Shown piece after piece: positions 1 through 12,163 of a DNA stretch of 64,000 nucleotides; position 1 is the stretch's first letter, and every line of letters begins with the position of its first letter. A model generated the notes under the pieces. The model saw only the letters and a list, made by a program, of their open reading frames with translations. It did no database searches and was not told the DNA's origin. Location of the stretch: NCBI GenBank assembly GCA_905178155.1, contig CAJINV010000013.1, forward strand, positions 2,112,281-2,176,280, read 5' to 3'. The stretch is from Amoebophrya sp. A120. Lineage: Eukaryota > Protista > Dinoflagellata. A program made the translations under genes and the position numbers.

Positions 1-398
1 AAGCATTTGTAGTGCGCGGAGGCCGCACCAGACGAGCGTCGCAATTTCATAGCAGCTGCACTTCGACGCTGCCGCACGACGACATGTGTACGTACTCGCG
101 ACGGTATTCGCTGTTGACAAGCAGATTTGGGTAAGAGCAAGAGTTCCCCTGTGGCGGAGGGGGGGGCCGCGGAGGAAGGTTGTATGAAAACAAAAACGAG
201 GACGAAACCAAAGAAACTTCTCCTTCTTTCTGCTCATACGAAACCTACAGCACTACTAGTGACTTTGCTACTAGAAGAAGACTTTTGATGACGCGAACTG
301 ACGGGAAGTCAAGCGTCTACTTAAAGATGGCAATAACTTCACCGAGACCTGCGTATGAACAATAACCCTCGCTTTTTTTCAATTTCAAGTTCCCAAAG

Positions 399-899
399 TT
401 AAAGTCTACAGAATTTATTAGCAAGCGATAGCTGCAGCTGCATCAGGTTGTTCGGAGCCATTTGCTGCTGCTGAACCCGCAATTGCTGCTGCTGTTGCCT
501 TTGCTGCAAAAGCTGCTGCTCGATGATTTGCTGGCGCTGCTGCGACGCGGCCATTTGCTGGTGCTGTTGCTGCTGCAGGTGGAAGTGCTGTTGGTGCTGC
601 ATCATGTTCACCGAATTTTGCTGCTGCTGCTGCTGCATGAGGTGCTGCTGGTGTTGCATCATCATCGGCTGCTGCGGCTGCATGGTCATCGGAGAAGAAT
701 ATTGCAGTTGATGCCCCCCGCCTTGCTGACCCACAGGACCCATGTTGCTCCCGACGCCCATGTTGTCGTAGCCCCCGCCTGCTTGGTGTTGGTAAGTACT
801 CGTCGACATGGGATCGAAGTACAGGTCCGGTACTACTTGCTGAGTCGGAGGGGAGACGAATTGCTCACCCGGGTAGTTGTAATGCTGATTCGAGTTCAT
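399..899 (-). CDS. Glutamine-rich low-complexity protein, first exon; gene probably continues leftwards
   Basis: 166-aa ORF from ATG with polyQ/QMM tracts; probably interrupted near 430 by a TAT-starting insert. Confidence 0.55.
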   Translation of the reverse strand: MNSNQHYNYPGEQFVSPPTQQVVPDLYFDPMSTSTYQHQAGGGYDNMGVGSNMGPVGQQGGGHQLQYSSPMTMQPQQPMMMQHQQHLMQQQQQQNSVNMMQHQQHFHLQQQQHQQMAASQQRQQIIEQQLLQQRQQQQQLRVQQQQMAPNNLMQLQLSLANKFCRL

Positions 900-3285
900 T
901 TTTCGGTCGGTTTTCGAAAAAAAGCTGGCTCAACTTTCTTCAAAAGCGGAGACTGTTGACGTCCTCGTCGACCTGGCGGGATTATGTGTTCCTGTTCGTT
1001 CGGTACTGTATCACTTTCACTTTCATTTAGAAGCAACTTCTTGCACCAGCTGCAGCTCGTCGAAAAATCATGCCGCTTGTCTCTAGTACAACTACTTCAC
1101 CGCCGGTGTTACATAGAAGAAGAAGAATCAATGATGCGGGATAGTTACTTACTCGTATTTCGTTTTCGGAAACGAAAAATCTTACCTGTATGTTTCGATC
1201 CTAGTCCAGTCGATTCTGCTTTTCAACAATCCGCCGACTTCTTTCTGCACGATGTGTCGATGGTGGCAGATTTTCCCAGGTGAAGTGCAGTTTTGCTTTT
1301 CCGGCTGCCGCTGGCTGCTTTTGGTGTATCACCTGGCCGGTTGGAAGTCGTGTTTCCCTACCGTGTTTCGCACCCAGTAAGAAACGTTTGGCAAAACAGT
1401 ACCTGGTGTGATACGAGTAAAATGCTTTATCACGAGCACCATCTCATTCACGGCATAACAGATAATTCACACCCCCACTCGTTAGATAGATGATGACCAC
1501 GCTCAACGTAACATCGACCATAGCATTTTTTCCACATTGAAAATGATTTTCACACATGAATTTGTATTTGATCCTACCTTCTATTTTTCCCCTAAATGCC
1601 GTGCCGTGATTCTCCTCTGATTCTGCCGCAGAAACAACTTTTCAAGATCCCAAGCAAACGCTTTCCGGGTTTGGCGGACTAGAAGCACCTCCAAGGATCA
1701 GTTTCGCGATTTGTACTTACCAAGGTCGCATCAGCTCTGCCATGCGGAACTTGCACACACGAGAAGCAGATGACCTTGCTTCCAAAACTCTACCAAAGCA
1801 AAACCTCTAGCAAAAGCAGACACACCTTGCACGATACACGTGCTGCAGCACGCCTAGAAACACAACTCATTTTCTTTGGATTTTGCGTAGGCATCAAAGG
1901 TACTTACCTCCTATGTTTCCCCTTCACTTCCTCTTTATTTTCTCTTCCGCTTTACAAGCAAAATTTCCGACTGTGGTAGCGCGCGACGCGGCGATCGATT
2001 TCTTGTCCGGTTGATTCTACGGGTTGATGGATTAACACTCCCCGCTGGTACCTTTAGGCGGTTCTCCTCCGTATCGGTACCAATTCGAGCGTCTGCTTGA
2101 CAAATCAACTTTTCAAAGTCGTTTCCACTTCTTCCTCGGCCTCAATTCGGTGTAGTTGTCGGTGAAATGTCGAGCGTTGTCGTCCTCGGCCGCATATCGG
2201 TCCGATCTACGAAGTAGAAGTTGAAGTAGTCAACCCGAAGTCCGCGAAAATTTTAAAAAAATCTATCCGTTGTAGAGTGCTGAGAGAGTTGTAGACCATA
2301 TGATTATGGAGGTCGAGATGCTGAGCAATGATTCCTTTCGCAAAAATAACCGCCGTTCTGGTACAATATGAGTTTGGTCGTTCTTCAAGTGCACCAGGGA
2401 GTGAATTGCGGTTGTTTGTTTCCCCGGCGCCGGCCGTCAGAAATAGTAGTACTCTTCGTGTTTTCAAAGCGTGTGAAGAAAGAACTTCCCTCGCCGAATC
2501 TTTGTCGCCGGAGTAGAAGCGATGATCTTCTCGTTGACGAACTCGTTGACGAAATGTAATTCGTGTTGCTTTTATTCAGAAAAGCTAGTCATGTTGTCTC
2601 GTGGCCATGAAGAAATCAAATGTTGTGTCGTCGTTCGTGTGGTTTATTTTCTTTACGTAAAACGATTTCAAAAACAGCAAAATGTGTGAAAACTTTGGGT
2701 CAACCCACAACGAAAGAATCGTAGATCGATCTAGCGGTAGTTTTCAACTCCAACTTCTTCTTTTGCTACAGATTTTTTGGTATTGACAAGAAAATTTTCA
2801 TGCGAAAAACGACCCGTGTGGTCGTCACACCAGAGTTGAAATCTTCATCAACTTGTGGCAAAATTGTATTTGTTGTAGGCCGTTTTTTATTTCTTTCTGG
2901 AATGCATCTGCATGTGAAAGCACTACCATCTGGCGCGCGTTCAACGATGAAATGAAGCCGTTTTTTTTCTCTGTTCGTTCCAGCGGATTATACAAAGCTT
3001 CTCTATGAGTCACAGAGACCCGTTTGCAAGCAAAGACTACTTGTTTTTTACGCAGAACAGTCAAGACAGGAGTACCTTCTTACATACGATACTTATGGAC
3101 CTTCTTGCCGCGCGGACCTTGATCATCGTGGTGATACTTGGTTCTTACAGGCTGAACGGCTAATACCATGGCGCCGTCTGTTCAAAATGATGCTATCCCA
3201 TCACACTCTTTGCGTTTTTGATGCACTTGGAAGAGACCTCAAGATTGAATAGAGTCGTGGAACACTGGACCACACAACACACTGC

Positions 3286-4989
3286 TCAGTCGTGCACAGA
3301 AAGGAAACACTGGGTCGCGCGGCAACAAAATATTTTTGCTTGTTTATTTCCGCCTGATTTTTGTTCCAAGTGTCTAGCAATAGCACTGCGCCAAGCTGAA
3401 TGATCGAAAGTGTGGCTGTGCTTTTTTTCAATCTTTATTTCTACAGGTGAGTCTGCTGCTTCAACATAATTGTCTTTCGTCATCGAAAAATCGCGTTCTG
3501 GTGTAGTACTGTCATTCATGACGACTCTCTCACCAGATCCACTAACCCTTCTCACAAGTTGCTCCAGAATCGCTGCCGTTTCATACTCATCTTTCACACT
3601 GTGGAAGCTCGCAACTGTTTCGTTTTCGATCGCGAATTTTCGCAAGCTCGCGTCGTTTCCATAAGGCTGGTCCCCAAAAATGACCGCGGACCGGATCAAA
3701 TTTGAAAAATGACCACCGCTCCTGCCCCCGTCCGACACCTCCAGGCCGCTCCCTGCCGAAATTGTACATGAGCCCGCACGTGGTCCCATCAACCACTCCA
3801 GTGGGCAGGATTTCTCGGTTTTCTTGGAACTGAAACACACAGACCGTGGCGCACCGGAGACGCGGATTGATGTCGTGTCTTTATTAGAACAAAGCAAGTC
3901 TGTCCCTACTTTGCCTTCGACTTCCTTTTCCGTTTCAACCTGCCTATCTTGATCTACTTCACAAATCTCGTTGACGACAGTTTGGTTCCAGGGGCGGGGA
4001 CAGCCCATGAGAAACATGTTGCTCCATCTCGCTTTTTCAGAAACCGGGTCCGCTTCCCAGTACTCAATCGGCCCCGCCTGGTTGATCCAAAGCAGCGGAC
4101 CGCGCGGGAGAAACTTTCCGGACTCCAGGAAGAAGGCGTCGTCTGCTACGGCCGTGGTTGGAGCTGAACTGTTGCTGCTATCCTGTGCAGCTGCGGCAGA
4201 GGTGGCTTGATCTGCTTGGTACCGTCGAAAACAATGTTTTAGCTTCTGGGTATCCGTTTCTGAGTCCGGTAGATGTTCCGCGCTTTCAACATCCACCGTC
4301 GCGGCAAACCGTTTCCAAATTTTTTTCGCCAACGCAAACGCTTTTTCCTTCGGAAGACACTGCTCCGGGTAGAAGGGAACCCGGACCGGAAGGTCTTCCG
4401 CCGGCCGGTGATCGGAGCTTGTCCTTCTAGTGGAGCTGTTTTCTGACTGATCTCGCAGCCACCAGGGCTGGAAGGTGTAGGTAGGATCGCGAAGTTGTTC
4501 TTGCCGATCCGAACTTGTAATATTTTTGCCATGAAGTTGTGAAAATATCAAATCTGCGTTCGTTCTATGCGTCCAGAGACTTGCGCCTTCCGCCGTGCTC
4601 AGGAACAAATTCTTGCGCACGTCCTCCGGAAATTGGTCCCAGCAGAGGCGAAACGGCCGGTAGCCGTCGTCCGACGTGACGATCAGGAGTGGGTGGTTCA
4701 AATCGCGCATCCAGTACAGCAGCCACTCGTAGCAGGGGGACTGCTTCAGGTCGCGGGACCTCTTCGCCACGAGCGTGTCGTCCATGTCTGCGACGAGCCA
4801 GAGCGGGGCGAGCGACCGCGGCCGAAGTGAAGCTCCTTTCGAGGTTGTGGAAGACGAAGTCATTCTTCTAAAATGATCTGTAGTGCGGATGTTGAAAGAG
4901 GTTGACACACAAGAGCACGACCTCGATGCAACTGAAGGCGTCCTGCTCTTCACGGACGAAGGGGGGAGGCACGAGAAGACGCGGCGCAT
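3286..4989 (-). CDS. HAD-superfamily hydrolase, subfamily IIB (PMM/Cof-like)
   Basis: Motif I ADMDDTL, motif II IVTSD, motif IV FGDQPYGND; 567-aa ORF, 3' end may be spliced. Confidence 0.7.
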   Translation of the reverse strand: MRRVFSCLPPSSVKSRTPSVASRSCSCVSTSFNIRTTDHFRRMTSSSTTSKGASLRPRSLAPLWLVADMDDTLVAKRSRDLKQSPCYEWLLYWMRDLNHPLLIVTSDDGYRPFRLCWDQFPEDVRKNLFLSTAEGASLWTHRTNADLIFSQLHGKNITSSDRQEQLRDPTYTFQPWWLRDQSENSSTRRTSSDHRPAEDLPVRVPFYPEQCLPKEKAFALAKKIWKRFAATVDVESAEHLPDSETDTQKLKHCFRRYQADQATSAAAAQDSSNSSAPTTAVADDAFFLESGKFLPRGPLLWINQAGPIEYWEADPVSEKARWSNMFLMGCPRPWNQTVVNEICEVDQDRQVETEKEVEGKVGTDLLCSNKDTTSIRVSGAPRSVCFSSKKTEKSCPLEWLMGPRAGSCTISAGSGLEVSDGGRSGGHFSNLIRSAVIFGDQPYGNDASLRKFAIENETVASFHSVKDEYETAAILEQLVRRVSGSGERVVMNDSTTPERDFSMTKDNYVEAADSPVEIKIEKKHSHTFDHSAWRSAIARHLEQKSGGNKQAKIFCCRATQCFLSVHD

Positions 4990-6487
4990 ATTTGTAGTTC
5001 TGCGTCAAATCGTATGGCGCACGCAGTCGCGAACGAAGAGGCCATCGCACGTGGTACCTCCACTAACTGTCTGCGCTAACAACCAAGGCCAAATGATCAA
5101 CAATCAGAAGACACTCATGGCAACTCAACGCCCCCGGGCATGCATGCATGCCTTTTGTCGGCTCGTCGTGCAGTGCGTTAGGTGCAAATAATATTCCCTC
5201 GCTAAACGAAGGAATAGCGAACACTCCTTTTCGGAGGTCACAAGACCCACTCGCGCCAAACACACTTGCGAACATCTTCTGCCGCGGACCGTGGTGACAT
5301 GAAAGAGCCATAGTCGTATATTCATTTTTAGGAATTCATGAAGATTTTCAAAAAATTCAGAAAAAAATATGTCAATAGCACCTTCTGAAGCACGAAAACA
5401 AAAAACTTCTTCGAAGTCACGATCTATCACCATCATACAAAAGTTGCATATTAGACACAGAACACAAGCATGGCTATGGGGACGACAATGAGGTAAGACA
5501 TTTTACAAAGTAAGTAGATGTAGAAAACTTGTGGCGCATGACATTGCTCTGGCATCCACTCTGCTCTCCACTTCCAACGACGTTGTAGTAGAGATGCTTC
5601 CCAACTACATTGAGAGGGTCAACGATCCCGGTACTCGACTCCGTTTACACCAGCTCCAAAAACGTGTCATCCCTTCCTTCTTCCTTGGGCGCTTCGCCTG
5701 CAGCCTCCAATCCGGCAACGGCTCGCCTCTTTGCCGCATGAGACGCCGCATCTCGCTTGGGGGATGAAGGAACCTGCAGTCGACTCGTTTCCATAGTGGC
5801 GGCGTGGTCACCCTGTATTGTTAGTGGATATTTATCATGATTAAGTATTTGTTGTGGGCGTCTCGTCAACATCATACCCCGGAATCGGAAAATCATTTTT
5901 GCATGAGCAGCCAGTGTTTTTTTCTCTTTTTGCAGTTCGTCTTCAGTACTTTGTTCTAGGAACAGTCCTAACTAGACTAACCTACCTGCATCCCTCTGTT
6001 TCTGCTGTACTCCTCTTCACCGTTTCCAGCGTCCCCAATTCGACTTCGCTTGTTGTGGCCCGGATTTGCTTGCTCCCCGTGGTGTCCAGTGGCGCCTAGC
6101 GCTATGGAAAAACCCGCTTCCTCATCAAAAAAGTCCCCTGCGTCCTTCACATCTCCTGGTCCTCCGTGTGCAGCTGCGAAATCGGGTTTTCTGGCCGTGG
6201 ATGAAACCTGAGGGCTGATGGCGTTGCTCTTCAGCGGCAGAGTTCCACCGATGTTTTGTCCCTCCTTGATTTCGTCGACGCGAATGTTTATGGGCCTCTC
6301 CTTCTTCACCAGCTGCAAAACGTTGAGCCCGAGAAATTTGAACAGCTTCTCCTTCTTGCGAAAGGTTTGCTCTGTTTTATTTACGTCGCAATTTCAAGTG
6401 CCTGGTGGCTTTGATGTGGATGCTATACATCCTTCTGTAAGTAAGTACAAGCAACAGCAACAAAGAAGAACAACATGAGGAAAAATT

Positions 6488-8602
6488 TCACGACCATCCA
6501 AAAATAAGAATATCGAAATAAAACCAATAATAAAATAACACAAACTCATGGATACCGGTCCACTCCTTGTGCTTCCACTCCTCCACCTCTACCGTCTTCG
6601 TCAACGTGGTGTAATTCATCAGAGCCTCTCCCTTCAACAGGAGACCTTTTGGCCTTGGCGGTAGGTCGTCTTTCAAAACCTCTTTCTTGTCCGGGTCTCT
6701 CTTGTAGATGTAGAACGTTTCCTCGGCCATCTTCTTGCTGTATTCCCAGCCGTGCTTCGCTAATTTCTCCAAGTCAAACACATCACCCTCGTCCTTCACA
6801 TCCTTCCTCAATTTCTTCGCCCGTCTTTTCGCTGCCGCAACCTCTTTGTTCTTGTCCGCGACAGCGGAGGAGACCGCCGGCCGGCTCACTGCTGATCGTC
6901 CTCCTCCCGTCGACTTGGACAGCTGGGAGAAAAAACCCGGAAACCATCGCTCGTCTTTCGGATCTCTGAAATCACGTTCTTTCTCTTCACCACGCAGGCG
7001 GTGCAGCACGAAGTTGTCGTCCAAGAAGTCGTCGTCGTCGTCGTTGTATCGTATCCAAACTGTCAGCTTTGGAAACAAGGCGCGGAACTCGTTGTACATG
7101 TGCAGCTTGTCACGAAATCCGAGTAGGTGTGGCTGGCCCTTGACGTTTTCGTAATCGCAAATTTCCAGTTCCTGCAGCGAGTCCTTCACGGCCTCGAGAC
7201 CTCTTCTCATGTGCGCAAATGTAAGCTGGTGGCAATTGAAGAGGAGGAGGCGCTGCAGTTTTGGGAACTTGGAAGTTGTCAGGCAAACACAGTTACCGTG
7301 ATTTGTCCCTAGTTTCAGGCCCTTGTACGCCTTCTCACTGCCGCGGTTTATCAAGAAGTCTAGATTCTCCAGCTCGTACAAATTGGAAAGGTACAAAGTG
7401 TATCGCGACAAGAAAGGTGTTGCAATTGCAGGTATCTGCGTTTCCGTACGTTTTCGCCGTATTCACTTTCAATTATCATACGTGCATATCCAACTCATTG
7501 GGAAAACAGTGCGATCTGAGCTAAGTTCTTTTTTACTTTTTTTATACATGACCTTGACATCGACCGCAAATTCAGCAAACGCAGATATGCAACACACTTT
7601 TGAGTTTGATAAGATCCTCAGCTCTTCGAGCACCTCCGCCGGCTCTTCCATGTAAAGCAAGTTGGAATGCGCTTTCGCGCGCAGGCTCCATGGCCACAAC
7701 AACCCGAAATCTTCGACTTCCCGCAGCAACCGCCAGCCGCTTGCTTTGAACCAATCGCGATCACCGAGCAGTGGTTCAAGCTCCCCCCGAACATATTTTT
7801 TGTTCGAGTATTCTTGAAGGTGCTCGGGGATGCGGACCCCCGAGCGCCATAATTTGACCATTCCGATGTACCCCATTAACCGTAACCGATTGATGTCGCA
7901 ATAGGAAAAACTGCTCGCGGGATAGGACACATCCACCGATGAATCCTCGTAATCGTCAATCTCATGGTAATCGGAATCTTCTTCCCCGGTGGATTCGTTT
8001 CCTTCCTCTACTTCTCTGTTCGATTCGTCTACTACGCGCTCATCTTTCGGCAACTGCTTCTGGCCCCTGTAGTCGAACCACAACAATTTCGGTAGCGTCC
8101 TGAACATCTTCTTCCGCAATTCGGCGATGTCGTGGCAGCCAAATAATTGGTTTACCGACACGAAGAGTAACGAACCTCTTACTGCTTGCAGTCCTCTCTT
8201 CAGACCCTCCTCAAAGCCCGTTTCGTCTAACGCCGGATTGTTGTCGAGAATCAAGAACTCCAGCCGGGAAAACGGCTCAAAACACCTCCGCCACTCCCCG
8301 ATTAAAAAGTTCAGATTCGACAGATTGTTTCCCGATAGGTTCAACCACCACAATCGGCTCTCGCCGCAGCTCCTTAACAATGGAATCCCGCTCGTTTCTT
8401 CGATCGTTTTTTCGAGATTCTCCAACCCGCACCCTCCCAAATCCAAGCGCTCTAAATTGCACAAGCTGGAGCGACCAAACAAAAATTCCCAGTCAGAAAG
8501 CTTGATTGAATCATCGATGAATTTCTTCTTGCGCAAGTCCAGTGAAAATCCTCGAAGTTCACGCTTGTAGAGCAGCTTCTCGATGGTCAAATTCTTCGCC
8601 AT
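6488..8602 (-). CDS. Leucine-rich repeat protein (ORFs 7469-8602 and 6488-7411, same frame, probably joined across an intron at ~7415-7600)
   Basis: LRR motifs LERLDLGGCGL, LWWLNLSGNNL, LEFLILDNNPAL, LQRLLLFNCHQL; inverted repeat TGTTGCA..TATCTGCGTTT / AAACGCAGATATGCAACA brackets the interruption. Confidence 0.7.
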
Positions 8603-9683
8603 ATGTCCACCTACACACGGGCAGCCATACCAGTGTTCGTCGAGAAGAAATCACGACGAAAAAATAACTTGCAGTACCAAATTTGTTTTGCATCATGTCA
8701 CGTACCTTCAGTGACCTGAACTCGACGTCCGTCATGCAAAAGGAAATCTACACAAATTTGTGCCGGCAAGAACGTTTTTTTCATCAGGATAAGCGCTTGA
8801 TCTCCTCGCAATAATTTTCCAGATATCCCCTCAGGTCTCGTGATTCTCCGCTCTCCTTGGCGGCGTTCTTCATCTTGTAGTTCTTCAAGCACTTACTATT
8901 CTTCCCGTTCTTCTTGCTTTCCGTTTCTTCCCGTTCAACCTCCCCATTCGGGAATTGCTTGTGCTTGCTGCTGCTGCTGCTGCTAGCATGTGTTTCAGCA
9001 GGCTCGTGGACCGTTTCACCAGAATTGCCCCGTTCAACGCAAACAGGGTCACGCTTCTTATCCGGTAGTTGCACTCCACCTCGACCGGCGTCGCTCATTT
9101 TGTTGAACACTTTTGGTTTTACTTCGCTGCAACTCCAGTCAGAATTCAGATGTAAAATTTGATGCTGGCGTCTTTTGCACTCAACAAGAACGTCTAGAGT
9201 GTTCTCATTGATTCCATACTCCACCTTGTGCGGTTTGAGACTCCGAACGCAAAATAATTTCGCTCTTTTGATAAAGATGTGCGCTCGCTTTGAATCTCAC
9301 TCATGCTGACACTTTCCCGATTGCTCAGCAAGGAGACGGGCGGAGACAGTCGCGACCGCGAGGACCAACCATCGCATGTGACAGGCCCAGAATCAGAAAA
9401 TATTCTGACTACAAAAAAGCCCAATCATATATCAATCTGAGGGCACTCATTGTAAGTATCTTCTGAGGCCTTCACTATCGTTTTCTTCTTACTTGCTTTC
9501 ACTATAATCAGAAACTGAATGGGATTGAAATCCAAACTCTTGGTCTTCATGGTGAGTTCTAGATCTTTTCAAGAACAACTCCTACTCGTGGTCACTAGAA
9601 ATTTCTTCGTTCTCAAATCTTACAAAAAAATGGCTCTGTCAAATGGAAACTTTAGATCCCGAACAAAACTACAGTTCTGCGCC

Positions 9684-12136
9684 CTATCCTTTCCCCCCTC
9701 CTCCCTTGACACTCATCTGCATGCGTGCCTTCGCCAACATAAACTCCTGCTCACTCTTCCCATTCATTGCTGCGCCTTTCCGCGCAGCTCCTCCGTAAAA
9801 ATCTTTTCCAGATTTTCCCTCCGCGTTAATCATGCTTGGCGCTCTCGCCGCAGGTAGAAATGCTGGATTGTTCTTACCCGCAGCGCTCAGAGGACTCACA
9901 CCCGAAGCAGGTGCAGCAGAACTACCGGTGCCTGGTTTTGCACCAGAACCAAGACTGCCTTTGATCGTTTTTCCTCCCGCTTTCACTCCCAGCGGCAATT
10001 TTTGTGGAAGGTTTTTGTTGCCCAGGATCTGCCCCCCGCCTTGTTTCCCCTGCTTGGAATTCCCCGCAGCCACCGACATTGGCCGGGGGCGTGCCGGGGA
10101 AGGTGGTACTGCTACTGCGGAAGGTGATACTACGGAGAGAGACGGCGACGGGCTGCTCTGCGCCATAGGACGAGGACTCCTGGCGCCGGGATTTATTAAA
10201 TCAACTGGCCTCACCTGCAAGGACGGAGATGGTTGCACAGAAGGAGAAAATTCGTTTTGCGCTGTTGACGACACCAGTTGAATCGAGGGGGACTGTTGCA
10301 TAGACGGAGAATCCTGTGCTGAAGCCGAGTGTTGTTGCAGAGCCGCCTGCTGCAGAGGATGCTGCTGCTGCGCCAGTTGCTCAATAGACGGTGAGGTTGG
10401 CTCGTAATTCATTTTCCCGCCTTTTGCGTTGTAGGTCCCAGTACTACTAAAATTTCGTTGGTTCATCTGAACATTCTGCCGCGGAGGCACTGCATTTTGC
10501 ACCTGAGCTGCTGATGGTGCTGATATCGTCGTTTGTTCTCCAAAATACCCAGGACCTGATATTATCGGGCTTTCGTAATAACTTTGCCTCGTAGCTCGCG
10601 AATCTCCCCCGTCCGACCTCTGCCCGTCGTTGTACTGTGCGGTCAGAACTGGAATTTGCAAATTGTTACCTGTATTAATCACGGCACCAGGAGATGAAAA
10701 CTGCTGCTGTTGCTGCCGGATATTGTTTGGTGGAGACAATAAATGTTGCTGCTGTTTTTGCCCGAATGAGAGCTGCGGCGTGGTTTGCTGCGGCGTATTC
10801 ATCACGACCTGCTGCTGGGGTGCAGATCCGATTTGCGGTAGATGAGCCGGCTGTGGCTGATGCTGCTGCTGCACAGACGAAGGCTGCGGGTTTATTAGCG
10901 TCGCAGGGTGGTCGGTGTTGTAACCGCCCTGTAGTTGCCCCTGCATTTGCGTTGGTCGCTGTTGTACTCCAGCAGGCTGCTGCAGAGGCATGATTCCGCT
11001 ACGCCCGACCAATCCGGCACCGTTACCGCCCAGAAAATTCGTCTGCTTCGCAATCAAAATCTCGTCCTGTTCCTGGATTGGCTGCAGCTGGAGAAGCGTT
11101 GGATTACTTGTGTTCAGTGCGCTATTTTGTTGCTGCTGCTGTCCTGGCTGCTGTACAATCTGGTTGATTTGTTGCGGTGCCAGTCCTCCGCCTCCGAGCC
11201 CCGACGTGTTGCTCGTGACCGACTTCCTGATTTGCTGCGAGATCTGTAGTTGCAGCAACGTGTTCTGCTCTTGCAGCGCCTGCATTTTCAGAAAGAAGTC
11301 TTGCATGTCGCCAGGACGAGTTATGCAGTGCAAAAGTATCGCACTAGTAGGCATGATTGCAATACAAGTTTCTAAGCTCGAAAAAATCTTGCAACTTTTA
11401 TTAGAGCTGCTGCTTGCAAATGGCCGCAAAAACCCAAAAAACCGCGTCCCCACGGGGGAGGAGCGATCCATAGGCGGCAGAGTGGCTGACGCTGAGGCAA
11501 AAATAAAAAATCTTGCAACTTTTAAAAATTGGGCAGCGTCTACACCCTGCAAAATAACAGAAAAACGCCCGAAATTCCGCGCTCCCACGCGTGAGGAGCG
11601 ATGGGTTTATAGGCGGCCGAACGGCGGAGACAACGAAAAAAAATCGCGAAATTTTTGAAAATTGGCCAGCGTCTGCTGCTTGAAAAATGAGCGAAAAAAC
11701 CCAAAAAACCGCCTCCCAGCGGGTGAGGAGCGATCCAGAGGCAGCCGAACGGCTGAGGCAAAGAAAAAAAGTCGTGCAAGTTTTGAAAATTGGGCAGCGT
11801 CTGCTGCTTGCAAAATGACCGCAAAAACCCACAAAACCGACTCGCCACGGGTGAGGAGCGATTCATACGCGGCAGAACGGCTGAGGCAAAGACCGAAAAA
11901 TCTTTAGCATGAAAAGTGGAATTTGTAAATGCGTATTTTCCCTAAGCATGCATGCCTGAAATTACTACCAATACGATACTTTTGCAGAGCATACGAGTGT
12001 TGCTGGGATGATTTGTGTTGCTACTCTGCATCTGAAATCCGCTCGTGCCCGTGAGCTTTTTCTTCACTACCTCCCTCTGCTCGTCCTCTTCCTCTTTTCG
12101 TTGCTGCTTTCGTTTCGCGCGAGCTGTTTGTTTCAT
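9684..12136 (-). CDS. Q/P/S-rich protein, two exons separated by a non-canonical intron
   Basis: Removing 677 bp (element 11322-11993 plus one CGAGT) joins ...NHPSNTR to PGDMQDFF... in frame. Confidence 0.7.
11322..11993. mobile_element. IR introner family A, with ~4 internal 128-bp tandem units
   Basis: TIR TATGCAGTGCAAAAGTATCG / CGATACTTTTGCAGAGCATA; TSD CGAGT at 11317-21 and 11994-98; best splice pair GT-TC. Confidence 0.9.
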
Positions 12137-12163
12137 TTCGTCATGATGTGGTGCGTTCTCATA

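Noticed and set aside
105-430. Additional introner in the first Q-rich gene
   Set aside because: TAT...ATA ends and a weak inverted repeat are present, but the TSD does not match (GACGG/GCTGC) and the downstream exon cannot be verified.
462-959. Poly-Leu/poly-Cys ORFs, also 10990-11658 and 56633-57045
   Set aside because: Antisense to CAG-rich polyQ coding sequence.
11401-11907. ORFs such as DRSSPVGTRFFGFLR, also at 15085-15632 and 18245-18632
   Set aside because: Translations of the 128-bp units inside family A elements.
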